This document shows positions 15,029-29,289 of a stretch of DNA of 64,000 nt, piece by piece. This stretch comes from the human T2T-CHM13v2.0 reference genome, Homo sapiens. How positions within the stretch are numbered: the first letter of the stretch is position 1; the number at the start of each line of letters is the position of its first letter. The notes under the pieces are model-generated. The model saw only the letters and a list, made by a program, of their open reading frames with translations. It was not told the origin of the DNA and did not search any database. Made by a program: the position numbers and the translations under genes. The DNA lies in NCBI RefSeq assembly GCF_009914755.1, contig NC_060927.1, one strand, 5' to 3'.

Positions 15029-16069
15029 TGTTTGTTTCTTAAATGAAAATAGAATTGACATATATTGCTTTGTAACATGCTTTTTTATTTCATGTAAAAT
15101 TTATTTTGGACATCTTTCTATGTCAGCTCATAGAACTCAGTCTCGTTCCTTCTTAAGCACTTGCATGGAATTCAGTTGTAAGGATGCATCATAATCTATC
15201 TATAGTCCTCATGCCATGGATCCAGTTTTTCAATATTATGAAAAATATTGCAATGGAAATTCTTGTACGTACATTTTTGTACCTTTGTGAGAGTATTTCT
15301 ACAGTGTAGTTTCCTAGAAATGGAATTCTTATTCTCAATAAGTTTTCACCAGGTAACTGATTTGCAGTCCCAATTTCTTAGTTAATCTATGTGTTACCAA
15401 AAGAGGCATAGAATGCAAAAAGCTGAGCTGTCCAGTTGATTGTGGATTGTTCCTCAGAACTCTTGCTTTACTGAACAGCTTAAATGAGAAGAAAACATGG
15501 CTTTCTAAGTCTGTGGCATTCAGTATGTTCGCTTTGATTTAATCAGTCACAGGAAAATATATCCCAGAAGAGAGTGTATATCTCCACCCCAAACCCTCTT
15601 CTGATTTCTATTTGAGAGAGAGTGAAGCCCGGTGACTATTTGGGACCATATGTAAGGACTACTGAGGCTGTCACTCAGAATGCCAACTAAGTTGGCAGTG
15701 GAAAGAGGTAAGCATCATTCCAAAACATTATTGTTTTGGTGATTCAAGATATTTAGATTACTAAAATACTGATGGCATATTTGGCCTCAAAAGTGATCCA
15801 AAGCCATTTATCCCTCTCTCCCTCCCACATCTGCATAGATCTGCCCCACAAATTAAAAAGTACTGCTTTTCCAGCCCTACAGGTTAAGAATTTCCTCTGC
15901 ATACAGAAATGATTATGAAAATTAAGCCAAAACACATCCATACAAGGGGATGCTGTATGGTAATGAAAGTAAATAAACTAAGCTACATATGGTTTCATGG
16001 GTGAATCTTTTTAAAGAAAGTTGAGTAAAAGAATAAAGATACAAAAGAATTTATACAGTATAACTCCTG

Positions 16070-16548
16070 GTTAGTTATCTATTGCTGCATAACAAATTAT
16101 TCTAAAGTTTCTTGGCTTAATGCAACAAAAATCATTTATTATTCATGGTTTCTGTAGGTCAGATATTTGGGAGTGGCTTGGAGCAAATCTGGCTCAGGGT
16201 TGCTCATGAGCCTACAGCCAAATGTCATCTGGGCTGCAGACATCTGAAGGCCTGACTAGGGCTGGAGGATCGTCTTCTATGGTCACTCAGTCACAAGGCT
16301 GGCAAGATGGTGCAGGATGTTGGTGGGAGGGCTCAGTTCCTATCCACATGGGCCTCTTCACAGGACCGCTTGAGCTTTCTACTGGTCCTTCCCAGAGTAA
16401 ACACATGGAAAGAAGTAGACAGAAACCTCAATAACCTTTTATGACCTAGCCTTTGAAGTTGGTCGCACAAAACAGCCCTGATTCAACGTGGAAAAATGCC
16501 AGTAGTAGGCCAGGATCATCGGCGCCATTGTGGAAACTGACTACCACA
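16070..16548. mobile_element. MLT1-type MaLR LTR
   Basis: TAGTTATCTATTGCTGCATAACAAATTA...CTACCACA terminus. Confidence 0.72.
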
Positions 16549-17095
16549 ATTTCATTTATAGAAAAAAATCTAAAAATAGGGAAAAATGAACTATATTGCT
16601 TAGGGAGGCATATTTAAGTGTCAAAACTTAAAAGCAAAAAAAGGAATGATTAGCTTAAAAGTGGTTATCTCTTGGAGGAAGGAAGTTGTAAGTGGGCAAG
16701 GATCATTATTTGTAAAAGAATACATTTATGTTTTATGCACTTTTCCTTAAGTGTGATATATTTCATAATTTTCAAGGAAAGTTCATTTCAAAATAATAAA
16801 CTAAAAGAAAAATGACATGAGAAAAAGAAAGGATTCATTTCTCTAATAATAATATAAAATTAGCCAATAGTTCTTATATGTTCCAGACAATTATATTTAT
16901 ATCTTTATTTAGTACTCACAACAACTAATGTGGTTCTATTAACCTGTTTTCACAAATAAAAAAATTGAGAAGTAGGGTGAGTTAGATATCTTGCCCAAGG
17001 TCATACAGCCAATAAATGGTGGAGCCAGGGCCCTTCTGAGGCAGAAAAGGAGGCCAGACTATTGGTATACCTTTAAAAACTCTATTTTTGCCTAA

Positions 17096-17433
<338 letters not shown>

Positions 17434-18674
17434 CTAAACTAGAAAAACTTTTAAAATCCTTAGCTGGGTGTGTCAACTAGTTTTTATCAGTATGTGACTG
17501 GCACCAGTATGTTTAGTACCATGTAAGTACTAAATAGATATTGTTTTAAATGAATAAAAAATACAGATTTATTTATTTTGCAAAAATCTTGGATGATGCT
17601 GGTTATGCGTCAAACACTGTTCTATGCACCTTACATGTATTAACTCATTAGTCCTCTGACTGTCTCCTGGTGTCCACTCTAATTCCTTTCTAAGAGATAA
17701 GATACTGGGTAACTTTCTTTCTTCACTTGTCCCTAGGTGTTGTGTTTCTAAGTTCTTGAAATTTGACTCCTGGATCTTGCTGTTTTAACATATTACTTTG
17801 GCAAGTCAATTCAATAGCAGTACATTGAGCACCTATTCCTTACTGGGTTCTAGTGGAAAATTAAGATGAATGTATTTTCCTCTGTAACCTAATAAATGAA
17901 AGCTTATCTTTTAAAACTTTCAGACAACGTTTTGCATTAACATGGAGGGGAATGTCAAATCCCTTGAGGTTTATCCCTGTAAACTTCACCGGAGGAAGTG
18001 TATCTGCATCTTGGCTTATTGTGCTTCCTATTTCAGTAACCTTAATAAGTGCTAAATATGCTTCTTTCAGTTATTTTTCAGCATATTTCTCCAAATCACC
18101 CAGTAGCAAGTCTTAACATGTCTGCCTGTTGTTTTAACGAAAAAATCTCAGCTCCTTATCAGGAATCCCACTGGGACACAGGCTAAATTCTATGCTGATA
18201 AATCAGTTCAGGCTAGGATAGAGCCCTAGTGATGAAGCAGTTATTTTGTTCAATAAATATTTGCCTATTTGCTACATATGAACACTATGGAAAACCTAGT
18301 CAAAATCCCATTTTCATGTGCATTATCTTTGTTATTACTGAAAGGAGCCAATGTGACTTTGCTAGAAAACATTTTTTCTTTTACTTACAGCTAATTCATT
18401 CACTCATTCAATAGACAGCTACTGAGTATCTATCATGGGCATGGTCCCAGCCCTGTAGGAGCTCACAGTTTGGGCAAGGGCAGCTGTGTACTGGGTATGT
18501 GTGTGATGGTGCTGGTGGATGTGCATGAAAAGTTATGTAGATAATTATAATCCAGTGTATTACAGACAGTGTATGTGAAGGACCTAGGAATGGGGCCCAA
18601 AACCAACTTGGGGATCTGGTGAAGGTTGGTAGAGTTGGGCAAGACTTCCTGAAGAAGGTAACACCTGATTGGGT

Positions 18675-18980
<306 letters not shown>

Positions 18981-20382
18981 TGAGGTTTTAAGTCCAAATA
19001 ATTGCGTTAGGCCAAAGGGGAAGGGAAAAACAGACTGGCAAATTCTGATAACTTGAAGCAGTTTGGGGTTATTGCAGTTGCTTAATATGAAACTCAGGGG
19101 GTGATCTGAGAGGATGAAGGAAGGGTGGGTGGACCCAGGATATGGAGAGTTGGGTATCCAGGGTTAAATAGCTTGGCCTTTACTCTTTAGCAATAGGAAT
19201 CCTGAAAGATTTCAATCAGGGGAAAATGGAAGGTGAGATACGTGTTCTCGAAAGATACCTCTTCACAAAAGTTTCAAAAACAGGAGTGCTTTTTGGCCCA
19301 GCAATTCAATTTCTAGGAAATTAATGTGAATGGGACCAAAGACTTAGCTACTAGGAAAACAGCGACACTATCTTTACCTATAAGAGTGAAATCTTGGAAA
19401 TCAAATAAAGGCCCAACAATGCAGAGATTAAAAAAATAAATTCTAGTAAATATATATAGTGGAAAAATTATATATTCTAAAAATATTAAAATAAATTTAT
19501 AGACAAGGAACAACATATAATAAATTCAAGACAGGGAAAAGTCAGGGACAACACTGTATATTCAGTGTGATCTCCTTTTGAATATTTATTTATATATCTA
19601 TACATATATATGAACATATTGAATTACATATGACTAGGTATAAATATCTGAATAGTAGGATTACCAGTGCTTTTTTTCCTTTTTACTTATCCGCATTTTC
19701 TAATTTTTAAAGAATAAATATTATTACTTTTCTAATATAAAAATAAGTTTATTTAGAATATTTTACATAAAAGCAAGTAACGTTGCTTTGGTAGCTATGT
19801 AAAGGAGGACAGAGAAGCAGAAATGCCCACTTTGAAGTTTATCTTCCATCTTTTGCTATATTATGTTGTGAAATATTTTGTGTTCTCCTTCTTGCTCCAA
19901 TCCTGCGATCTCAGACACTTTGGAATAAGAATTAAAAGCATGAGCCTTCCGTTACTGCTCAGTGTTAGGTTTGGAGTCTCTAAGTCTACATTAGGGTCCA
20001 ACCCCTCTTTCGCTCCTGCCTTAGTAGCTCTGGGGTGACAACCATCTCTTGCCATCTGCCTGGTTGGGGCTCATGAGCCACAAGGCACTTATTTGTTTTA
20101 AACAAGGTAAAGCCATCCCCAAGCTCACTGCTGAGTTCTGAACCCTGTTGACTCTTCACAGTTGCTCCATTGCAATGAGTTACTCTTGAGACCTATCAGA
20201 ATATCATTTCTAACCCGTTTAAGCCACCTTGCAGATCGCAGCCAGTCCTTTCCTAATCCCTTTATGTGGCCTCTTATATTCAGATCCAAGCTCCTCAAAC
20301 TTCACATTGGATTATTTTCAAATTGTCTTCTTCTCATTTTTGTTGAGATTTCATTCAGCCTGGTTTGATGTCATCCCTTAAA

Positions 20383-20570
20383 GTAGTGGTTCTAAAATTC
20401 CTACATGAATAAGAACTAGCTGGGGAGTTTGCTAAAAATGCAGATTCTTCATCCCCACCCCTTGGCAATTCTGATTTAATAGTTCTAGCTCTGAGTTTGG
20501 AGCTCTGCATTTTAATGGACGCCCCAGGTGATTCTCATGGACATGGCTCATGGACGTCGCTTTGAGAGGG
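20383..20570. mobile_element. MER5-type hAT-Charlie MITE
   Basis: AGTGGTTCT...TGCTAAAAATGCAGATTC...CCCCAGGTGATTCTCATG. Confidence 0.7.
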
Positions 20571-22332
20571 GCACAACACCTTCCTCTCCTGATCTGCACA
20601 ACATAGCACTCTTCCCCTGCCCCCTTGCCCTCTGCAGTGGCTCTAGAAAAGTACATTATACAGCACTTTCAAGAATAATATATTTAGAAGTTAATAGTTC
20701 ATGATCCACAGAATCCAGGAGGAGCCATAGTAGACCACAGGGTGGTCCTTGGTGCCTCTGAGCTTGCAGATGAAATTTTTATTGTGCACTTTTTTTTTCT
20801 GGTAAGAAGGTCTGCAGCTTTCAACAGTGTCAGAGAAATCCATAATCCAAAAAGTTAAAAGACCCTAAAAATCCGTTAAACATATTTATGCCTTAAAAAT
20901 TAAGTACCTTCCTATTTGACATGCTTCATGTCTAAAGTTTGTGTAGCTTAAATTATTTTGGGGGGGCAGGGCCCATGCCTTGGCATATATCCACTGCCTT
21001 GGCACACATAGAAAGAATATATACGCTGGGAGGATGGTGCAGAAAACTCTGCTGTTGATCATCACCTCTCCCCAACCCTAACATCCTGTTTCCTTGGTAT
21101 TTTCCTGTTATTTATATTTTTCTTCATGTATACCTATCTCACCCTCTTTCTAGATAACTGGATAGCCTCTTCCTGTTCACTCCTGTGCTCATTAGAATGT
21201 ATTTCAAATAACAGAAACAAAAGTTGAATTGTGTTTAAGAAGGGAAGGGAATGGGAAGATTTTTGGGTTTTTGGACACATGACTGAATATTCATGCCAGG
21301 GAGGCTGCAAAACAGGATTTTTTATTTTATAGTCTTTAAAATAGAGAAAGAGTTTTGGATAGCTAGCATCTTTTGCAGTTAAGGCTTGGGCACAAAACCT
21401 AGATCCACCAATTGGATTGGAAGATAAGCAGGTGAAGTAGCCAGGACTTTGCTGAATCCATTTTGGTGGTGGATGGTGGTAGCAGCATTTCGACAGTGTC
21501 CTGTGTGCAGTACTGGAGGTGCAAGCTACGATGTTTAGTGATACAATAGTGGTGGGAGGTGTAGTGGTGTGGGTGTGCCTTCACTAGACCAGTTCTATGG
21601 CATAGATTTTGGAGTTGTTCCCAGTTGCATGGCTTATATATTAGGGTCTGCTGCCTTTCCTTAGGTTTGGTGAGCTACTCAGTAGACTTTTGAAGATTCC
21701 TTTCTGCTGAAATACACCCTAGTTAGTTTCTGCTGGCTCTTTTTTTCCAAACATATCAGACACAATCCTGCTTCCGTATCTTCATCATGTCCATTTTCTC
21801 TTTTTGAATGACATGGCTTTTAATCTAATTTCATCAGAAATCATAACCCATTTAAGAAATTGTTATGATAGTTTCCTCTCTCTTTTCTTTCTTACTTTAT
21901 TTTTTAAAAAATGTTTGATCATGAAAATTTTCAAGCTTACACTAAAGTAGATAGAATAGTATAGTGAATTCCCATAACCTGTCACCTGGCTTCAACATTT
22001 TACCATTTACATTTCATATTTCTTTTCCCATGCCTTTCTGGGGATAGAAGGAGAGGAGATGGGATATTTTACGACAGCTCCAAGACATCATATCATCTCA
22101 CCCATACATACTTTATATGTATTTCTAACAGAAAGAGTATAAAAATGAGATAAGCATAATATACTTATCATACCTAATACAAATTAACAATACTTTTAAA
22201 ATGTCATTCAATTCCAGCCCACGTTCAAACTCTCCCAGTTTTCCCCAGAATGAATTTTTACAATTGGTTTGTTTTAATCAGGGTCCAAATAAAGTCCACA
22301 TAAGGTATTTCAGTGATATGTCTCTTTTTTCC

Positions 22333-22478
22333 TGTTTATTTATTTATTTATAATTTTTAGTAGATATGAGGTCCCTCTGTATTGCCCAGGCTTGTCTCAA
22401 ACTCCTGGGATCAAGCAATTCTCCCACCTTGGCCTCCCAAAGTGCTGGGATTATAGGAATGAACCCCCAAGCCCAGCC
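22333..22478 (-). mobile_element. Alu monomer (FLAM-like)
   Basis: Single antisense left-arm Alu with a (TTTA)n tail. Confidence 0.8.
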
Positions 22479-25400
22479 TCTAATTCATTTTTTATTGATA
22501 TATAATTCACATGCCTAATATGTCTCTTAAATCTTCTAAAGCCTTTACAAGTTCTTCCTTCCCCTTTATTTCATGCTATTTATTTTTTGAAGAATTTCTC
22601 AATGTCTTACAGAATTTTTAAATCTCTGGGTTGTCTGATTCTATTTTTGTGATGTTATTGACGTGGTCTTCTCTTGCATTTTTTTTCCTGTGAACTGGTG
22701 GTTAGACCTAGGGGCTTGATTACATTTAGTTTTCATATACCCTAGATTTTTTTTTTTAAAAGATGGAGCTTAGTCACATCGCTTCCAGGAGTCTTAATAT
22801 CCCGACCCCCAGTGGTTGCTCTTTTCTTAGACAATTGTAGTATTTATCTATCGCTCTTGTTATCCATTAAATCCTGCCCATTTCTACTCCTAAAAGGTCA
22901 AGGACCATGTCCTGTGTGCAGGGACCACATATGTGTCATCATTGCTATTTCCCCATACCTAGGGCACAATGTGCCTGGCACAGAGTGGATGCACCAAAAA
23001 TAGCTGTTGAGCTAAGAGGATATGAGAGTACAAATCATACACTGGGTATCTGCTGCTTAGCATTGCTGCTTTATGTGTGGTTTCTCATTGTGTTACAAGC
23101 CTTGACTCAACTCATGGACTGGAAGCTTCATGAGGGGAGGGAGGAAGTCAAATATATTTTTGTATTCCAGGTACCTAACACATTGCCATGCCCATACCTT
23201 GCACATATTTAGTATAGAGTAAATGGGGAACCCTTGCCTATCCATCTCTGAAGGATTTTTGTGAGCTCAAATAAGAGATGTATGTGACAAGTGTATGTAA
23301 AAAGTAATGTATTACATAAATACATGTAATATTAATAACAACAATTATAATCTGTAGTCATTGCTTTTGTACATTTAATAGGCTCAGTCTTTAGTTTAAA
23401 TGTATGGATCTATTGCCTGTTATCATCTATTTTTCAAAGTGGTACCTAACCCTAGGGCTTAACTCATTAATGAAGAGGGATTACAGGGTACATCTATCAG
23501 GTGGCCAGCTTTTGGTTATGTGGATTAATGGTATAGCAATCCACAGAAAATCATCCATTTAAAGGAGTGAAATATTTTTATGGTGATTATGCGAAGCTCT
23601 TGTGGTTGCAAGTGACAAAAAAATAGTTCTAGCAAAAAGGAATTTTTTTTTGTTCATATATCTAAAAAGTCCAAGGATATCTGACTTCAGGTATGGTTGG
23701 AACAAGGAAGTGAAACAATGTTGTCGTACTTTTCTATTCTTTATCTTTGCTTGTCTCTTCTTCTTTTTGTTGATCTTATCTCAATCTCTTCCATTTCAAA
23801 TTAGCTTCCCTAATTGCCCATGGGTAAGTAGCTCCAGATTTTCTTCTTTCTAGCAAAGCAAACAGTCTTCTCCCATTGCCCTAGCAGAGAAGTCCTAAGG
23901 AGGACTTCTAGTCATCTCAAGGTCCCCTGTCCAGTCTTAAAGGAATCAGAATGCACTGGGTAGCAGACTGCACTGTAATGGATAACCCAGCCATATGTAA
24001 TGGAAAATAAGTTTTCCTGAACAAGGAGTAGGATGAGACCAGAAGAAAAGGTATAGGAGAAAAAAATAACAGCTATCTGTGTGAACCTCAGGACAACCTC
24101 AGCTCAGAGGTCTGCACCCTGGAGACCTCTCTTGCGGGTGTACTTAGTTGAAGATGAATTCGGAGGTCTTGGTTTTCCTGAGTTTTCTTTCCTTTGAGGT
24201 TAGTCCCTTAGGTCTGGAAGGTCACTATTTGATGTAATAAGTGATGGGTAGACTGTTTCACTGCAGATCTAAAGAAGTTATAAACTGCAGTTGTAACATA
24301 AAGTCTGTGATAGCCTTCAGTGGGTCAGCTGACCAAAATTATGCACAGTTTTGTTTCTATCTGTATTTTCTGAGAAGAGGATCCGTAGCTTCCCTCAGAT
24401 TAAAAAACTTCTGGTGAGCCCAAAGATTAGGCAGCTTCCCATGTTTCTCAATGGGGATACATACCACTGAAATTTGGACAAGAAAATTTGTTATTGTGCA
24501 ATATGTGTAGTGTCTCTGGCCCATACCCCTTAAACGTCTGTAACATCCATAAGTTATTATGACAACCCCTCCTCCCATATTCCAAGCACTGATAATTGAG
24601 AGCCCAGATGAGATTAGAAGTCTAGACTGCATGTTTCCTTCATGTTTGATCTTTCTTCTTTCTCTCCCAGAGAACATGAAGGAAACACGTTTTCTTTGTT
24701 TGCTTTTGACAGCTAATTTCCAGCAGTCCATCTATTAAGGAATCTAGGATCCCACTTTTATGAGCACAAAACTCCCACTTTCCTTAGGGGTGTTCTCAGG
24801 TATTCTGACATAGTTTAATAGTTTCAGGGGAGGGCCTAAAAGTCGTATGTTGGGGACTAATTTTTATTCTGAAAATTTGGTAATTGCTACTGCAACATAG
24901 TGTGCCTTCTGCACTTTTTCCAAATCACCTTGAGAACTCCAGCCCTAACATCGATCCATCCTACTGGATGTCTTTTCTGATGTGAAATTAAAATGTTTCA
25001 GTGGGAGGCAAGATATGCAAAGGGGTAACTCCTGGGAGGTGCCCAGTTGTCACTGTAGCCTCTTTAGAATTTTCTCCTAGGACAGTCATTTAGTTTATTA
25101 ATTCTGAAAGGCCAAACACCAAAATGAGATGTTAATCTGAAAGGAATAACTTCAAGACCTAATAAAGAATGACCACTGAGCAGAGTTTTTATAGATTGCA
25201 AATCACTTTCTCTTACATTTGACCTTGCAACATCTTCTAAAACTGGTTTGCCAATCTCTTCTTTTATGGATGAAGAAATGGAGGCTTCTAGGAACCAAGT
25301 GACATGCTCAGGATTGCACAGCTCTTCTTAGAAGGACTGGGGATTTCAACTCTGAGTCTTATACCTTTAAATGCCACTGTAACTCTATACTGCCTCCCTG

Positions 25401-26213
25401 ATGCCTCAAAACACTTTTGAAAAGAAGGAACACGTCCTACTGGAGCTAATCAGAGGGAAGGACTAGAAGTACAAATGAGCCACAACGGAGAGTTTTAAAA
25501 TTCTCTTCCCTAAGTGAGTTCCGGGAAGCTCGGGAAGGGGTGGACACTTGTACAGTTCACTTGTACATCTTCACTCCTGAAATGCTAGGACAAATCTCAT
25601 TTGAACTCCCAGTCAACTGAGAAATTAAAAGCAGAGAGCAACGACGCTATTTTGTAACTTTGTGCCTTTTAAAATTAACCGAATCTTTCAATTGCTGCTG
25701 TAGATTAGAAGTGGCTACTTGGATAAAGGGGAAAGAGCCATTCAACTGATGAATACTATTGTAAAAGTCCAGACTTAGTTCTAGAAAAGGAACGCACAAG
25801 AACAATTTCTCCAATAACGTTTTCATTACAGAGCGAAGGAAAGTTCTTCCTCGTTGTTCCAATCCGAGGACAAGCTGATATGTCGCAGCAGCCCAGGGAA
25901 GCATGCGAGCTGATAGGAAGTCCTTTTATTTTAAGACAGGCTCGAATGCTAAAACTTTCTTGTGCCAAAACCCTTGACTATTTTATTTTTAAAATAAGCA
26001 CTTGGCGTGCCCTCGCAGATGTCTGAGCTGAGAGGTCGGGGCGATGGTAGAAGAGCAGTCAGTGTCCGTTCTTATTCATATTAAGTAGCCAAGTCTGTAC
26101 CCTTGAAGCAAGTGGGGAGAGAGGAGGGAGAGGAGCTGCTGACATTGACAATGAATCCAAACAGGAGTTGCACTAGCGGTGTCCACCACGTTGCCTCTCC
26201 CCCGCCTGGCCTT

Positions 26214-26292
26214 CTGGGAGCTGTAGTTTTCGTGGGAGCGGCTCCCCAGGCGAGCTGGGAATGCCCCGCCCGGGCCGAACTACAGATCCCAG
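26214..26292. promoter_or_regulatory. Inverted pair of ZNF143/THAP11-type ACTACAnnTCCCAG motifs
   Basis: CTGGGAGCTGTAGT (26214-26227; reverse complement ACTACAGCTCCCAG) and ACTACAGATCCCAG (26279-26292). Confidence 0.75.
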
Positions 26293-26495
26293 GCGGCGCT
26301 CGGCCGCCAGCCCCTCCCGCCCGGGTGCGAGTGTAAACTCCCCGCGCTGGGGCGGGCGGCCGCGAGCCGGCGAGCGGGCAGAGCTCGGCACTGCGCCGGG
26401 GCGCACGGCTCGGGGGACCCAGGCCCAGCTACCTTCCCTCCGCCCCCGGGCTCTGTTCTCACTTTCCAGCAGTGGAAGGACGGGAAGCGGGAGCC

Positions 26496-26599
26496 ATGCA
26501 GTCCGAATCGGGGATCGTGCCGGATTTCGAAGTCGGGGAGGAGTTTCATGAAGAGCCCAAAACCTATTACGAACTCAAAAGTCAACCGCTGAAGAGCAG
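26496..26599 (+). CDS. MITF: MITF isoform A, coding part of first exon 1A
   Basis: GCC-ATG at 26496 translates as MQSESGIVPDFEVGEEFHEEPKTYYELKSQPLKS, the recognised MITF-A N-terminus. It ends at a canonical donor CAG|GTGAGT (GT at 26600), phase 2. Confidence 0.97.
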
Positions 26600-26879
26600 G
26601 TGAGTGGTGACAGCTGGGCAGAGGCGCACCGGGCGGCTGGGGGGCACTGCGTCTGCCACTCTGGGGCGAGGAGAGCGGGTCGCGGGAGCTCTGGGACAAG
26701 GACCCAGTGCCCTTGCCCCGGAGCAGAGGGCGAACTGCCCCTCGCAGTTGGGGGCCGCGCCTGCCCGGCCCAAGTGCGCCTTTAGGAAGCTCGGATGGAG
26801 CGCACTTCGCGGGGGCGCGGCGGGTCGCCGGGGACGAAGCGTCCAGGCGCGGGGACCCTCGGCCGAGGATGCCAGCTGC

Positions 26880-27139
26880 TGAGACTGATTGGGGGCTGGG
26901 GAGCGACCTGGCGCGATGTGGGGGAGGAGGAGCGCCGGGCCGGGACGCTGTCCCGGTGGGATGGGGGAGAAAGAGTTCTAGTGAACCCCCTTTCTGAAGA
27001 TCCCAGCGGGTTGAGGGCTCGGAGAGGGAGAGCTTTGGGTGGACTGAGATGCGACATTGGAGGGAAGCAATTAGTTCGCTTGGAGTCACCTCTTGGGAGT
27101 CGGGTCTCTGTGGGGAAACTAGCCTCTGGGCTCCTGCAG
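26880..27139 (+). other. MITF: Candidate non-coding alternative first exon of MITF (1J-like); start approximate
   Basis: Strong donor CAG|GTGAGG after 27139 within the CpG island. The known exon order places 1J between 1A and 1C. No open phase-2 frame reaches the donor. Confidence 0.4.
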
Positions 27140-29076
27140 GTGAGGTTTCTCTGGGCTCCGCCTCTCACCTCCAGACCGCTGCTAGCGGGCGCGGGAGGGG
27201 CCAGGGCAGCGGTGGGCGTGTCCCCTTGTTCAAGTTAAACTCTCTGGAAATAGAGTCCCATTCAAATCCAGGCCTTACCTGCAGAGGGGAAATGAGCCTT
27301 GGTCTTGGGGGTTACTGGGAGTGTACCCCGCTTGGCAGAGACACGTGTTTAATTCGCTGGGGACTTCAGAAACTTTTTAGACGAGGAGTGAAGACATCCA
27401 CTGCTCTGATGCCCCATCCCCTCTAGTGCCCACTTCCCTTGAGCCACCCTTTTTGCTGCCTCCATTCCCACTTGTCTGTCGAAATGGATTGGGTGTCTTC
27501 CGTTCTCTCTGTCCGGCAGCCACTCTGGACGCCTCGTACTTCTCGTTTACAATGTTTCCTAAAAGGGACATGGTCAATGGAGGCTGGAATAGCTGAGAAG
27601 GGTTTATTTCCACCCCTCTAAGCTGTGAGCTAGGATAAGGCTATCATTGGAAGCATCCAGCAGGGCTTCTGCACTCGGCTGTAACTTCCTGCCTTGCCCT
27701 TCGCTGTGGATGGGGCCTGGGTGAATGGGCCTGGCTGGCAGAGTGGGAGAGGGTCTTGAAATGAGGGTGAGTGGAGAAGGGCAACTGAACGGGGAGCCAA
27801 GTGGTGTAATCTTGGCCTCTGGCGAGCACTGGGCTGGTTCTTTTTCTAGTGGAAAGTGCAGCCAGGTTTATTTCCTTCAGGGCTGTGGCAGGACTCTTTA
27901 TCCAAGTTGGGGAAGAAAATCTGGGAACAGCGGTCCTACTGACTGCCATTGCTGAAGACTCTTTGTAGATGCTTCACGGCAGATTGGAAGGAAACCGCCT
28001 AAGCAGTTGGACGTATAAAACCAGCCTTTAGTTGGTGGTTTTTCCTCATAATGGCTGTTTTGTGTGTGAGCATAGATTGTGTGTGTTGGGGGCTGGGGGT
28101 TTTGAGTAATATTGTGTGAAGGGTATTGTTGGTTATGCTCATCAGGGCTTTATCTGCATTCGGCTGAAGGGACCAGTGTTTTACTGGGCAGTCTCTGCTT
28201 TTGCTTCTATAAGCAAATGCTTACACGGCCAGAATGAGGGAATGAGTGTGTGTGTGGAATCCTGAAAGAAATAAATTAACCGGACTGTTTGGAACATTTC
28301 TGATGGTAGCTGATACATAACATTAAATCAGTTTGAGAGAGCGAGGAAAATACCATCTGGAAAAACCCAAATGAGTGCCGTGAAACTCATGTTGCACGAT
28401 TTGGGCCTGTTCTTTTTCAGAGTCAGCAAAAAAGACTTGTAAGGGTGAACGTCCTCAGTAGCTAGCTAGCAGGCACGTGTAAGGGAAAATGTGGGTATGT
28501 GGGAAGAAATGGCTTCACACGTTAATGCTAGAAACAGGTGTGGGCCTGAACCAGCAGGGAAAGGAAGGCTAAATTAAAAAAGTTGTTGTAAAACTTGTAT
28601 ATGGAGCACACACATGCTCTTTGAAATAAACCAGTTAAATAAAATCTGTGAATAAATATATGGAGTTGGCAACATTTCTCTATACTGTTTTCCACAGTTG
28701 TCTAAGGTATTGTCGTCGACATCTGTTGTGTGACTTAAAAGGGCTGCACATTGTTCAGGGCCTTCTCTCTCATTGCTTTTTGTCTTATGTTTTTGCTGGG
28801 GCACCTCACTTCTTACAAGTCTTTGTCGGAAAAAGTTGAAATTGATATGTGAAGACTGCTGTAGCCGTTCTGCCTATCAACTGTCTTCTCTGGATTGTCC
28901 AGAGTTGTTAGAGTTGAAAATATGTCCAGAATCTGCCCGCTTCTTACCACCTCCTCTGCTACCACTTTGGTCCAAGCCACCATCAGCCCTTGCCTGGATT
29001 ATTGCAGTAGTCTTTTAAACTGCAATACCCACATTTAGTGAATTTTCAGTATAGTAGCCACAATGTTCCTGTTAAA

Positions 29077-29289
29077 ACTGGTTCTCAGTTGGAGGTGATT
29101 TTGCCCCTGGGGTCATTTGACAGTGTCTGGAGACATTTGTGATTGTTACAGTGGAAGGGATCATTACCCATATCTAGTAGGTGGAGGCCAGAGATGCTGC
29201 TAAACATCTTACAGTGCACAGGACAGCCCCCACAACAAAGGATTATCTGGTCCCAAATTGTTAGTAGTGCTGAGGTCAAGCAACTCTGT
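29077..29289 (+). mobile_element. MER20
   Basis: GGTTCTCA...GGTGATTTTGCCCC...GAGATGCTGCTAAACATCTTACAGTGCACAGGACAGCCCCCACAACAAAG. Confidence 0.85.

Larger units (their letters stand above)
26170..27230. promoter_or_regulatory. MITF: CpG island / MITF-A promoter, 5' UTR (approx. 26333-26495) and intron start
   Basis: Abrupt rise in GC and CpG density with GC boxes (GGGGCGGG, CCCGCC) and no TATA box. It surrounds exon 1A. Confidence 0.93.

Noticed and set aside
26280-27089. 269-aa antisense ORF and other ORFs in the CpG island
   Set aside because: Low-complexity Pro/Arg/Gly/Ala frames are expected where GC-rich DNA lacks stops; no recognisable domain.
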